Assembly (NCBI GenBank): GCA_016206785.1
Contig: JACQQV010000048.1
Location: forward strand, 65,889 to 129,888
Source: Candidatus Omnitrophota bacterium
Lineage (GTDB): Bacteria > Omnitrophota > Gorgyraeia > JACQQV01
DNA: 64,000 bases
Direction: 5' to 3'
The notes under the pieces were generated by a model that had not been told where the DNA came from, made no database searches, and saw only the letters and a program-made list of their open reading frames with translations. The translations under genes and the position numbers were made by a program. This document shows, piece by piece, positions 20,942 through 29,426 of the stretch; positions within the stretch are counted from its first letter, which is position 1; each line of letters starts with the position of its first letter.

Positions 20942-22282
20942 ATGGATTATATTTCCAACACCCCGGAAGATGAAAAAATAATGCTGGATCGGATTAGCCT
21001 TCGCCGGATGGAAGACATTTGTCAGCCGATTCCGGAGGCACTTCGCCTGAAGCATTTCCGTGTTCCGTCGGGACTTTCGGAACTGGAACTGAAACGTCTT
21101 TTCCTTGAGAAGGCGAAAAAGAACTGGAATACCGCTGAGCACCCCTCCTATCTCGGGGCAGGCTCCTACGACCATTTTATTCCAAGTGTTGTCGAGCATA
21201 TTGTTGGACGAAGCGATTTTTACACCTCCTACACGCCGTATCAGGCGGAAGCGAGTCAAGGAATGCTTCAAGCGATCTTTGAGTACCAGACGATGATTGC
21301 AGAACTCACCGGGCTCGACGTTTCCAATGCCTCTCTCTATGACGGGGCCTCGAGCAGCGCGGAGGCGGTACTCATGGCCCTTTCGATTCAGGAAGGACGG
21401 CGAAAGGTTCTTGTCTCGAAAACTGTCCATCCCTCTTACCGAAGGGTCATCAAAACCTACCTCAGCGCCCAATCGGTCGAGCTTCTCGAAATTCCTTATG
21501 ATCCCTTGGACGGGAGGACTGATCTTAAAGCGCTTGAGACGCTCTTGGTGAACGACGTCGCCTGCTGCGTTGTCCAGAATCCGAACTTTTTCGGCGGGAT
21601 CGAGGAGATGGCAAAGATTGCTGAGAAACTTCATGCGAAAGGAATCCTTTTGATCAGCGTCGTTTACCCGATCTCCCTGGGACTTTTGGCCCCTCCCGGT
21701 GAGTATGGCGCAGACATCGCTTGTGGAGAAGGGCAGAGTCTCGGGAACCGCTCCCTCTTTGGGGGGCCTTACCTCGGTTTTTTCGCCTCCCGGAAGGAAT
21801 TTGTACGCAAGATGCCGGGGCGTATCGTCGGCCAGACCCATGATGAAAAAGGAAAAAGGGGATTTGTCCTGACGCTACAAACCCGAGAGCAGCATATCCG
21901 TCGAGAAAAAGCGACCTCCAACATCTGTACCAACGAAGGACTCTGCGCTTTGACCACTTCCGTCTATCTTGCAACCCTTGGAAAATCAGGAGTCCAGGAG
22001 ATCGCGGATCAAAATCTTCAGAAGAGCCACTACCTTTCTCAGCGGATCTCAAAGCTTCATGGGTATCGTTTAAGATTCCGTGCGCCCTTTTTCAACGAAT
22101 TCGTCATAGAGACCCAAAAGGGCACCTCTCTCCTTGAAAAACGTCTTCACCAAAGGGGGATATTGGGACCGTTGCCCCTTCAGGAATTTTATCCGGAGCT
22201 AAAGGGCTGCCTCCTTTTTTGTGTCACCGAAACAAGGACAAAGGGGGAACTTGACGAACTTGTGAAGGTACTGGGACTATGA
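20942..22282 (+). CDS. gcvPA: Glycine dehydrogenase subunit alpha
   Basis: YTPYQAEASQG, NASLYDG, REQHIRREKATSNICTN. Confidence 0.97.
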   Translation: MDYISNTPEDEKIMLDRISLRRMEDICQPIPEALRLKHFRVPSGLSELELKRLFLEKAKKNWNTAEHPSYLGAGSYDHFIPSVVEHIVGRSDFYTSYTPYQAEASQGMLQAIFEYQTMIAELTGLDVSNASLYDGASSSAEAVLMALSIQEGRRKVLVSKTVHPSYRRVIKTYLSAQSVELLEIPYDPLDGRTDLKALETLLVNDVACCVVQNPNFFGGIEEMAKIAEKLHAKGILLISVVYPISLGLLAPPGEYGADIACGEGQSLGNRSLFGGPYLGFFASRKEFVRKMPGRIVGQTHDEKGKRGFVLTLQTREQHIRREKATSNICTNEGLCALTTSVYLATLGKSGVQEIADQNLQKSHYLSQRISKLHGYRLRFRAPFFNEFVIETQKGTSLLEKRLHQRGILGPLPLQEFYPELKGCLLFCVTETRTKGELDELVKVLGL

Positions 22283-23760
22283 GACCTCTACTCTTTGAAA
22301 TCGGTTCAACGGGACGGAGAGGCACCTCCTTGCCGGCGCTTGAGTTTCCCCGCAAGGAGGTTTCCTCATTCCTCCCCTTTCACCTCCTTCGCAAAAATCC
22401 TCCCGAGCTTCCGGAGGTGAGCGAACTCGATGTGGTACGTCATTACACCTCTCTTTCTAAAAAGAATTTCTCCGTCGACGCCAACTTCTATCCTCTCGGT
22501 TCTTGCACCATGAAATACAATCCGAAGGTGAATGAAGATGTGGTCAAACAGATCGGTTTTTTGAACCTCCACCCTTATCAAGAGGAGGAGACCGTGCAAG
22601 GGGTTCTTGAACTCTTGTACAACCTTGAAAAAATACTCTGCGAAATCGTCGGTGTCGATGAGTTCTGTCTTCAACCGGCTGCGGGGGCCCAAGGGGAATT
22701 TACCGGTCTTCTCATCATGCATGCCTACCATTCAGACCGCGGAAATCCTCGGAAGAAAATTCTTGTCCCCGACTCTTCCCATGGGACAAATCCGGCAAGC
22801 GCTGCCCTCTGCGGCTACGAGGTGATTCAGGTCAAATCCAACGCAAGAGGCCGTGTCGACTTGGATGAACTCCGTCGCCTCCTGGATCAAAATGTGGCGG
22901 GGATGATGCTCACCAATCCGAATACGTTAGGTCTTTTTGAGGATGAGGTCTCTGAGATTGCAAAACTTGTCCATGAAGTGGAGGGCCTTCTCTATTATGA
23001 TGGGGCTAACCTGAATCCACTCCTTGGGATGGCCCGCCCTGGAGACATGGGATTCGACATTGTGCATCTGAACACGCATAAGACCTTCTCCACCCCCCAT
23101 GGGGGGGGAGGGCCGGGGGCAGGGCCGGTGGGAGTGAAAAAGTTTCTTTCCAAATATCTCCCTACACCGCGCATCGTTCAAGAAAAAGAGCTTTTCAGGA
23201 TAAAGCATGACTTTCCGAAATCGGTTGGAAAACTGACCGCCTTTTATGGAAACACAGGAGTTCTCCTTCGTGCCTATGCCTATATTCGCTCTTTGGGGAG
23301 GGAAGGACTCCTGCGAACCGGCCAGCACGCGATTTTAAATGCCAATTACCTTTTGAAGGGTCTTAAGACCTTTTATGAGGTCGCTTATCCAGAAATGTGC
23401 ATGCATGAATTCGTACTCACGGCAACGCGGCAGAAAGAGAAAGGGGTGAGGGCCTTGGACATCGCCAAGCGACTCATCGATTTCGGTATCCATCCCCCCA
23501 CGATCTATTTCCCTCTCATTGTGCCAGAGGCCATGATGATCGAGCCGACTGAGACAGAAAGCCGACAGACCCTCGATCACTTCATAGAGGTAATGAAAAC
23601 GATTGCCAAAGAGGTGGAAGAGAACCCGACCCTTTTCCGCCAGGCCCCGATGTCGGCCCCGGTCCGACGGCTCGATGAGGTCTGGGCGGCACGCCATCCG
23701 GTGCTTAAGTGGGAGAAGAAAAAACGTGATGAAATCCCTGTGGCGTCTTATTCCGCATGA
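22279..23760 (+). CDS. gcvPB: Glycine dehydrogenase subunit beta
   Basis: PLGSCTMKYNP, HGTNPASA, PLP motif HLNTHKTFSTPHGGGGPG, EPTETE. Confidence 0.97.
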   Translation: MRPLLFEIGSTGRRGTSLPALEFPRKEVSSFLPFHLLRKNPPELPEVSELDVVRHYTSLSKKNFSVDANFYPLGSCTMKYNPKVNEDVVKQIGFLNLHPYQEEETVQGVLELLYNLEKILCEIVGVDEFCLQPAAGAQGEFTGLLIMHAYHSDRGNPRKKILVPDSSHGTNPASAALCGYEVIQVKSNARGRVDLDELRRLLDQNVAGMMLTNPNTLGLFEDEVSEIAKLVHEVEGLLYYDGANLNPLLGMARPGDMGFDIVHLNTHKTFSTPHGGGGPGAGPVGVKKFLSKYLPTPRIVQEKELFRIKHDFPKSVGKLTAFYGNTGVLLRAYAYIRSLGREGLLRTGQHAILNANYLLKGLKTFYEVAYPEMCMHEFVLTATRQKEKGVRALDIAKRLIDFGIHPPTIYFPLIVPEAMMIEPTETESRQTLDHFIEVMKTIAKEVEENPTLFRQAPMSAPVRRLDEVWAARHPVLKWEKKKRDEIPVASYSA

Positions 23761-24355
23761 AACGGAGGAAGGATCTTACAATCTCGAGTTTGACGCCCAA
23801 CTTCTAAAAGAAAAACTCCCTTATCCGATCCTCCGCTTTTATTCCTGGAAAGAGCCCTGCCTCTCCTACGGTTATTTTCAAAAGAAGCCTTCTTTATTAG
23901 GGAATCTCCCTGCCTACCGGCGCGTGACCGGAGGGGGAATCGTTTTTCATGATAAGGACCTTACCTACTCCTTGACCTATCCCCGCGGTTCAGTACTTCC
24001 CTGGAGTGTGAAGCGCTCTTACGTGGAGATTCACCGGATCGTTCAGAGGTCTCTCCACTTTCTTGGCATTGAAACGATCCAATGCGTGGAAGAGAAACGT
24101 GGTGATCTTTGCTTCGAGAGTCCCGTCGTCGGAGACCTCCTTTATCGGGGAAAAAAGGTGGCCGGGGCCGCACAACGGCGAGTGAGAAGCCATCTCTTGC
24201 ATCAGGGAACGCTTCTCGTGGAGGAACTCCACCTCGATCGGTTACAATTGATTGATGCGATGATCAAGGCGTTTGAGCAGACCTATCACGTATCGTTCGA
24301 GAAAGTCGGGAATGCGTTGTCCATGGCCCCGTCACGGAGAATAATTTTTGAATGA
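23729..24355 (+). CDS. Lipoate-protein ligase / octanoyltransferase (LplA/LipM family)
   Basis: LRFYSW, RRVTGGGIVFH, LTYS, KKVAGAAQ, HQG; adjacent to gcv genes. Confidence 0.88.
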   Translation: MKSLWRLIPHETEEGSYNLEFDAQLLKEKLPYPILRFYSWKEPCLSYGYFQKKPSLLGNLPAYRRVTGGGIVFHDKDLTYSLTYPRGSVLPWSVKRSYVEIHRIVQRSLHFLGIETIQCVEEKRGDLCFESPVVGDLLYRGKKVAGAAQRRVRSHLLHQGTLLVEELHLDRLQLIDAMIKAFEQTYHVSFEKVGNALSMAPSRRIIFE

Positions 24356-25085
24356 CTCAAAAGTTCTCATCGTAAAAAACGTTTCACGTGAAGGGGGCGG
24401 TCTCTTTGAGATGATATTAACAGAACAAAACATCCCTTACGAGATCATCGATTTCGATAAGGGAGAGGCCTTTCCATCTCCAAGGAAATGTAGCGCGCTG
24501 ATCGTGTTAGGCGGCCCTGACAGCGCCAATGACAAGACGCCAAAAATGAAGGAACAACTTGGAAGAATTCGGGAAGCTCTCTCTTTGGGGATCCCGTATC
24601 TTGGGATTTGCCTTGGCCTTCAAACTTTGGTCAAGGGGGCAGGAGGCGGGGTGGTCAAGAGCCCTGTCCAAGAGATCGGATTCCGTGATCCGAAGGGAAA
24701 TCCCTTTGAAGTTCAGCTGACAGAGGCCGGGAGAAAAGACCCCCTTTTGTCAGGGATTCCAACTTCCTTTAAGGTCTTTCAACTTCATGGGGAAACGGTC
24801 ACCTTAACACCAAGGATGACGCTTCTTGGAAAGGGGGACTTCTGCACGAATCAAATGGTCCGGGTTGGAACCTCGGCCTACGGCTTACAGTTTCATTTGG
24901 AAATGACCTCCGTGATGTTGGACCTTTGGGGCCGTGAGGATTCGGACCTCAAACAGATGAATCAGACAACCCTCCATCAAGAATTTGAAGCGCTTCACGA
25001 AGTATACGAAAAGGTGGGTCGCCGCCTTTTCACAAACTTCCTCCAAATCGCCTCTTTACTCCCGGCTAAAATCAAAGTAGTATAG
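24348..25085 (+). CDS. Class I glutamine amidotransferase-like protein
   Basis: LGGP, GICLGLQ nucleophile elbow, QFHLE. Confidence 0.88.
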   Translation: MNDSKVLIVKNVSREGGGLFEMILTEQNIPYEIIDFDKGEAFPSPRKCSALIVLGGPDSANDKTPKMKEQLGRIREALSLGIPYLGICLGLQTLVKGAGGGVVKSPVQEIGFRDPKGNPFEVQLTEAGRKDPLLSGIPTSFKVFQLHGETVTLTPRMTLLGKGDFCTNQMVRVGTSAYGLQFHLEMTSVMLDLWGREDSDLKQMNQTTLHQEFEALHEVYEKVGRRLFTNFLQIASLLPAKIKVV

Positions 25086-25089
25086 AGAT

Positions 25090-25944
25090 ATGAAGGAAGT
25101 GACAGTGTCGAATCTCTTGGAAAAAAAGAGACGGCACGAAAAAATTACAGCACTCACCGCCTATGACACGCCGATGGCGGAGATGTTGGACCGGTTGGGA
25201 ATTGACCTCATCCTCGTTGGCGATTCCGTGGGAATGGTGCTTCTCGGTTATTCCTCAACCCGATTTGTAACCATGGATGAGATGATCCACCATACCAAGG
25301 CGGTCCGGCGTGGGGTGAAGCGGGCGTATCTCGTGGGAGATATGCCTTACCGCTCTTATCAGACACCTGCCGCTGCCTATAAGAATGCCTGTCGTTTTAT
25401 CGATGAAGCGGGGTGTGATGCGGTGAAATTGGAGGGGGGGGAGGCGGTTCTCCCGGTTCTCCGGTTCCTTCGAAAGAAAAAAATTCAGGTACAGGGACAT
25501 CTCGGACTCCTTCCGCAGTCTGTAAAACCGGGTACCCCTTTCCATCTAAAGGCCAAAGATCCACTTTCTGCAAAACAATTGATGGAAGAGGCCTCTCTTT
25601 TAGAAAAAGAAGGGGCTTTTTCAATCATCCTTGAATGTATTCCTTATGAGGTGGGAAGGATGGTTACAGCACTTGTCAAGATTCCGACGATCGGAATAGG
25701 CGCCGGCCCTTTTTGCGACGGCCAGATCCTCGTGACCCATGATCTTCTGGGCCTTTTCCAAACGTTTAAGCCACGGTTTGTGAAGCCGTATGCAGATCTT
25801 GCCCAAAGGGTGGGCCGCGCCGTAGCCACCTATCGGAGGGAGGTATCCAACCGTTCCTTTCCGACCCTGCACCATTCGTTTTCTATGGCACCGGAAGCAT
25901 TGAGACAATTGAAGAGGATAACACAGTCTCTTCGCCATGATTAA
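25090..25944 (+). CDS. panB: 3-methyl-2-oxobutanoate hydroxymethyltransferase
   Basis: LTAYD, LVGDSVG, VKLEGG, GHLGLLPQ, IGIGAG, DGQILV. Confidence 0.97.
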   Translation: MKEVTVSNLLEKKRRHEKITALTAYDTPMAEMLDRLGIDLILVGDSVGMVLLGYSSTRFVTMDEMIHHTKAVRRGVKRAYLVGDMPYRSYQTPAAAYKNACRFIDEAGCDAVKLEGGEAVLPVLRFLRKKKIQVQGHLGLLPQSVKPGTPFHLKAKDPLSAKQLMEEASLLEKEGAFSIILECIPYEVGRMVTALVKIPTIGIGAGPFCDGQILVTHDLLGLFQTFKPRFVKPYADLAQRVGRAVATYRREVSNRSFPTLHHSFSMAPEALRQLKRITQSLRHD

Positions 25945-27646
25945 GCGATTCCTCCTTTTTATTTTCTGGACAGGGGCGACCCTTCTGGCGATTTACCAGC
26001 TGTTGACCTCAAACCTCCTCTCCCCATTGGCTAAAAGGATTTTCCCTGCCGGGGAGGGAGAGACCCGCTTAAGAGCCCCAAAGAAACTTCCCAAAGACAA
26101 CGCGGTGACGCTCCATCTTAAAAATGGGAGTGTCATTAGTGGAGAATTTCTCTGGGAAGATGAGGCGCGGGTCATGATGAGGTGGCAGGGAGGAGACGTA
26201 GCATTTGTAAAGGAAGAGATCGAAAGAATTGAGAGAGGAAAAGTCCGCACCGAGAAAGAAGGGATGCTCTTTCCGGAGAGGGCCCCGGAAGAATGGCCTT
26301 ACCGCAATGACGTGGTCGTTGTGCTGAAGAACCAACAGATGCTGGATGAAAAGATCGCCTCCGTCGAGAAGGATGCCGTGATCCTTAGGCGAGAGTTGGA
26401 AGAGGGAGGAGTGATTGAGCAGGAGATCCATCGTTTGGACATCGAGTATCTTTCCTTTAAGCCGATCCGGAATGAACGAAGCCGGAGAATCGAGGAAGCA
26501 CTCCGGACGCAATTTCCGAAGATGAAGTGGTACAGGGACGGGGCCTTCCTCTTGATCACCGATTCTTATGCCACGTGGGTGGATGAATACCGCAAGACGA
26601 TCCGCGACCTAAGGACCGATTTTTATCTCACCTTTTTCCCGCTCCTCAAGGACCGGGAGCCGAAGGTCGCTCATTATGTGGTGATTTTCGATGAATGGGG
26701 AGATTTCATCGAATACGCCGCTTCCGACGGGGTTCCCGGATGGGCGGTGGCCGGTTATTTCTCGCCGACCCACGAAGTTCTTTTCTTATTTAACACACTC
26801 GGAGACACCTTTTCGACACTCATCGAGGAAGCCATTGTGGGCCAGACTGGCCGCGTCATGAATCAGGCGGCGGAAGCCGTGAAAGGTCAGGTGGATAGGC
26901 GTTACCACGTCTTTGTTGAAGGCCAAGCGCATGACATCATGAAGAAATTCGCAGCCTACCATTCGGTCATGAAGGGGTGGTACCGGGATCAGACGATCGA
27001 GACCCTTCGCCACGAAATGACCCACGAACTTTTCCATAACTATGGCCTCCAAGGTATCATCGTCTCCAAGGTGGCGGGTTACGACAAAAAAGAGGCGGAG
27101 AAAAAACGGGCCTTCTTGGAGGAAAAGGACATCCAAAGGAAACGAGAACTTCTTTTGGAATTGGCACAACTCCGTGGGACTTTAGAGACAATTCAGATGG
27201 AAGCCTCCAACTCCTGGTTGGTGGAGGGGCTCGCCGCCTTCATGCAGTCGGTTCCTTTGGGATCCGAAAACCGTCGGTGGCTCTATCTTTATCAGGAGTC
27301 TAAGCGGAAAAATGCCGTTACCCCCATCGAGCATCTCACCGTGTATAAGATGGGCTCCTTTCCGGGGGTGGCGTACGGAGCCATGGAGTATGCCTATGCC
27401 GAAAGCTGGGCTTTTGTCCATTTTTTGATGAGCCGCTATCCCATGCAATTCATGAATTACCTTGAGCGGATGAGCCGCGAAAAACCCAAAGAAGACGAAG
27501 ACATCCTGTGGCTCCTTGAGGCGCTGGGAGTGGAACTGCGAACCCTTGAGAACGAATTCCTTGAATACATGAAACAATTTCAGGAACTGGAAGACCCGTA
27601 TCTGGAACGGATGGATCAGGTCCAGCATATCTTTCAACAAAGGTAA
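25937..27646 (+). CDS. Membrane-anchored putative gluzincin metallopeptidase (DUF1570-like)
   Basis: N-terminal TM; two LKNG-type beta modules; AGYF, HEMTH, WLVEGLA, YAESWAFVHFL. Confidence 0.7.
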   Translation: MIKRFLLFIFWTGATLLAIYQLLTSNLLSPLAKRIFPAGEGETRLRAPKKLPKDNAVTLHLKNGSVISGEFLWEDEARVMMRWQGGDVAFVKEEIERIERGKVRTEKEGMLFPERAPEEWPYRNDVVVVLKNQQMLDEKIASVEKDAVILRRELEEGGVIEQEIHRLDIEYLSFKPIRNERSRRIEEALRTQFPKMKWYRDGAFLLITDSYATWVDEYRKTIRDLRTDFYLTFFPLLKDREPKVAHYVVIFDEWGDFIEYAASDGVPGWAVAGYFSPTHEVLFLFNTLGDTFSTLIEEAIVGQTGRVMNQAAEAVKGQVDRRYHVFVEGQAHDIMKKFAAYHSVMKGWYRDQTIETLRHEMTHELFHNYGLQGIIVSKVAGYDKKEAEKKRAFLEEKDIQRKRELLLELAQLRGTLETIQMEASNSWLVEGLAAFMQSVPLGSENRRWLYLYQESKRKNAVTPIEHLTVYKMGSFPGVAYGAMEYAYAESWAFVHFLMSRYPMQFMNYLERMSREKPKEDEDILWLLEALGVELRTLENEFLEYMKQFQELEDPYLERMDQVQHIFQQR

Positions 27647-27663
27647 AAATAAAGGAGGTCAAC

Positions 27664-27948
27664 ATGATGACAGGTGGAGTCGCATTACTGCTTGTCTCGG
27701 CAGCGGTCGGTTACTGGGTTTTAGAAAGGGCGAGTACCCAGAAAAAGGACCTCAAAACAATTGGCCAGATTGTCGGAACGGTCATCATCGTGGTCAGTTT
27801 TGCGGGGGTCCTCTGCAAAACCTACTACCTGACCAAATGGGGAAAGGGAGGCTACTATGGGCCGGCAAGGATAGGATGCCCTTTAGGTGCTGATTGCCCA
27901 CAAGGCCCCAACTGCCCCTACAAGAGCAAATCCTCGTCTGGAAAATAG
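27664..27948 (+). CDS. Small two-TM protein with Cys-Pro tail
   Basis: AAGGAGG RBS; two hydrophobic helices; C-terminal CP..CP..CP. Confidence 0.75.
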   Translation: MMTGGVALLLVSAAVGYWVLERASTQKKDLKTIGQIVGTVIIVVSFAGVLCKTYYLTKWGKGGYYGPARIGCPLGADCPQGPNCPYKSKSSSGK

Positions 27949-27969
27949 GAGAGACCTCCGTGAGTCCCA

Positions 27970-28389
27970 ATGCCGATTGAACGCTCCGCAGGGGCGGTCA
28001 TTTTCCGGAAAGAAGCCAAAAAGATCCTCTACCTTCTCCTTCATTACGAAGAGGGGCATTGGGACTTTCCGAAGGGGCATATTGAAAAAGGAGAGAAAAC
28101 CGAAGAGACGATCCGGCGCGAAGTCCGGGAGGAAACCGGTATGACCCAGCTTACCTTTATTCCCGGTTTCAAAGAGACCGTCCGCTATTTTTTTCAGGTC
28201 GGTAGGAAACGGATTATAAAATTTGTCGTTTACACCCTTGCAGAAAGTTCCCAAAAGGATGTTCAACTCTCCTTTGAACATGTCGACTCCCTCTGGCTTC
28301 CCTTTAAAGAAGCGAAAGATCGAATCACCTTCGCCACAAGCCGGAAACTTCTCGAGAAGGCGGATGCCCATTTAAACCTGAAGCATTGA
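27970..28389 (+). CDS. Nudix hydrolase, Ap4A-hydrolase-like
   Basis: WDFPKGHIEKGE...REVREETG Nudix box; LSFEH. Confidence 0.92.
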   Translation: MPIERSAGAVIFRKEAKKILYLLLHYEEGHWDFPKGHIEKGEKTEETIRREVREETGMTQLTFIPGFKETVRYFFQVGRKRIIKFVVYTLAESSQKDVQLSFEHVDSLWLPFKEAKDRITFATSRKLLEKADAHLNLKH

Positions 28390-28414
28390 CAAAATGGCAA
28401 GTTTAGTGTATACT
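28386..28414 (+). promoter_or_regulatory. sigma70 promoter upstream of riboswitch leader
   Basis: TTGACA-17 bp-TATACT overlapping the Nudix stop. Confidence 0.85.
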
Positions 28415-28432
28415 TATCGTTAGAGTTACATT

Positions 28433-28483
28433 TTGATCCTTCGACAGGCTCAGGATCAATGCTGAGCGAAGTCGAAGCATTGA
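28433..28483. repeat. REP-like double-hairpin element
   Basis: ttgatcct-tcgacaggctc-aggatcaa overlapping tcaatgct-gagcgaagtcga-agcattga; the two loops are mutually complementary (tcgac/gtcga, gctc/gagc). Confidence 0.75.
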
Positions 28484-28494
28484 AAACTGAATAA

Positions 28495-28660
28495 AGACGA
28501 AAACGCAAACTTCCTGAAAGGGAAGGACGGGCGGGCCCGCCAAAGAGTTTTGGCGGGGGGTGCCCCCTCTCCGAAGCGCGAAGCGCGTTAGGGGGGAGCA
28601 AAACCGTGAACCTACGTTTCGATGGGTAGTCGAGATAAGGTTGTCTGGTTGCCGAAATGC
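28495..28660 (+). ncRNA. c-di-GMP-I (GEMM)-like riboswitch aptamer interrupted by a 69-nt insert
   Basis: GCAAA-CTTCCT-GAAA-GGGAAG-GAC ... GCAAA-ACCGTGAACCTA...AAGGTT-G-TCTGGTT-GCCGA: GNRA tetraloop, receptor-like CCTA/AAGG, bulged G in P3, 3' GCCG; followed by terminator. Confidence 0.75.
28529..28597. repeat. Compound palindromic insert within the riboswitch
   Basis: cccgccaaa-gagt-tttggcggg hairpin plus ccctct-ccgaagcgcgaagcgcgtt-aggggg hairpin. Confidence 0.75.
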
Positions 28661-28669
28661 TTTCATCAC

Positions 28670-28705
28670 ACCTCATTTCCTTTCTGGAGATGAGGTTTTT
28701 TATTT
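28670..28705 (+). terminator. Intrinsic terminator (riboswitch expression platform)
   Basis: cctcatttcc-tttct-ggagatgagg 10-bp stem followed by TTTTTTATTT. Confidence 0.85.
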
Positions 28706-28710
28706 AATGA

Positions 28711-28751
28711 GCACGCAATTTATGGAACGAAGTGAACATAAGTTGCTGTGC
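28711..28751. repeat. REP-like hairpin
   Basis: gcac-gcaatttatg-GAACGAAGTGAA-cataagttgc-t-gtgc. Confidence 0.65.
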
Positions 28752-28758
28752 GAATTAA

Positions 28759-28787
28759 ATCCCCCGAAGCCGAAGGCGTAGGGGGAT
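28759..28787. repeat. REP-like hairpin, same type as second half of the riboswitch insert
   Basis: atccccc-gaa-gccgaaggc-gta-gggggat. Confidence 0.7.
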
Positions 28788-28810
28788 AACCAAACGAGGT
28801 GGTGATATCT

Positions 28811-29422
28811 ATGAAAAAGGTTTCGATTGCACTGATAACACTCTCCTTTATTCTCTTTGCAACACCAGGGGTCCAGGCCCTCATCCTTCCGCAAAGGACA
28901 ATGCAGGAGATGATTGTGGAGGCCAATACCATTGTGGCGGGTCGGTGTACCTCCTTCCATATCCACCCTTCGGAAGAAGGGGAAACTCTTTATGCGATTA
29001 TTTCATTCCGGGTGGATGAGTATCTCAAGAATGATCTCGGAAAAGAAGAAATTCTCCTCATGCAGATTGCCCGCCAGCCAGGGACGGATGGAAAACAGGC
29101 CGTCGGTCCACTTTCTTTCCGAATTGACGAGGAAGCGATTCTATTTCTCACGGAAGAAGATAACCAGGGATTCCGCCATGTCATGGGTCTTTCACAGGGA
29201 AAGTTCTCCGTCACGAGTGACAAAAAAGGACGGAAACTTCTCCTGCGGGAGATGGAAGGCGTCCGCCTTTATAACAAAGAAACAGGTCAGATCGCCTTCG
29301 CAGGGAAAGTTCCCAAGAAAATTGAATATGATCAGTTCAGGGGTTTCGTGAAAGAGACTCTTTCGAAAATCGAAGCGAAAAAAGGGGAATTTATTTCCGC
29401 TTCGACCGCCACCTCTTTTTGA
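28811..29422 (+). CDS. Secreted protein with probable TIMP/NTR-like OB-fold domain
   Basis: Signal peptide ending VQA; pattern A..IVAG, V.EYLK, E.ILFL, GLSQGKF; GAGGTGG RBS. Confidence 0.7.
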   Translation: MKKVSIALITLSFILFATPGVQALILPQRTMQEMIVEANTIVAGRCTSFHIHPSEEGETLYAIISFRVDEYLKNDLGKEEILLMQIARQPGTDGKQAVGPLSFRIDEEAILFLTEEDNQGFRHVMGLSQGKFSVTSDKKGRKLLLREMEGVRLYNKETGQIAFAGKVPKKIEYDQFRGFVKETLSKIEAKKGEFISASTATSF

Positions 29423-29426
29423 TTTC

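Noticed and set aside
28403-28781. ORFs of 73-137 aa across the riboswitch leader
   Set aside because: They are translations of palindromic repeats and RNA structure; promoter, aptamer and terminator explain the region better.
28433-28787. CRISPR array or tRNA
   Set aside because: The hairpins differ from each other, there is no repeat-spacer periodicity, no cas genes and no cloverleaf.
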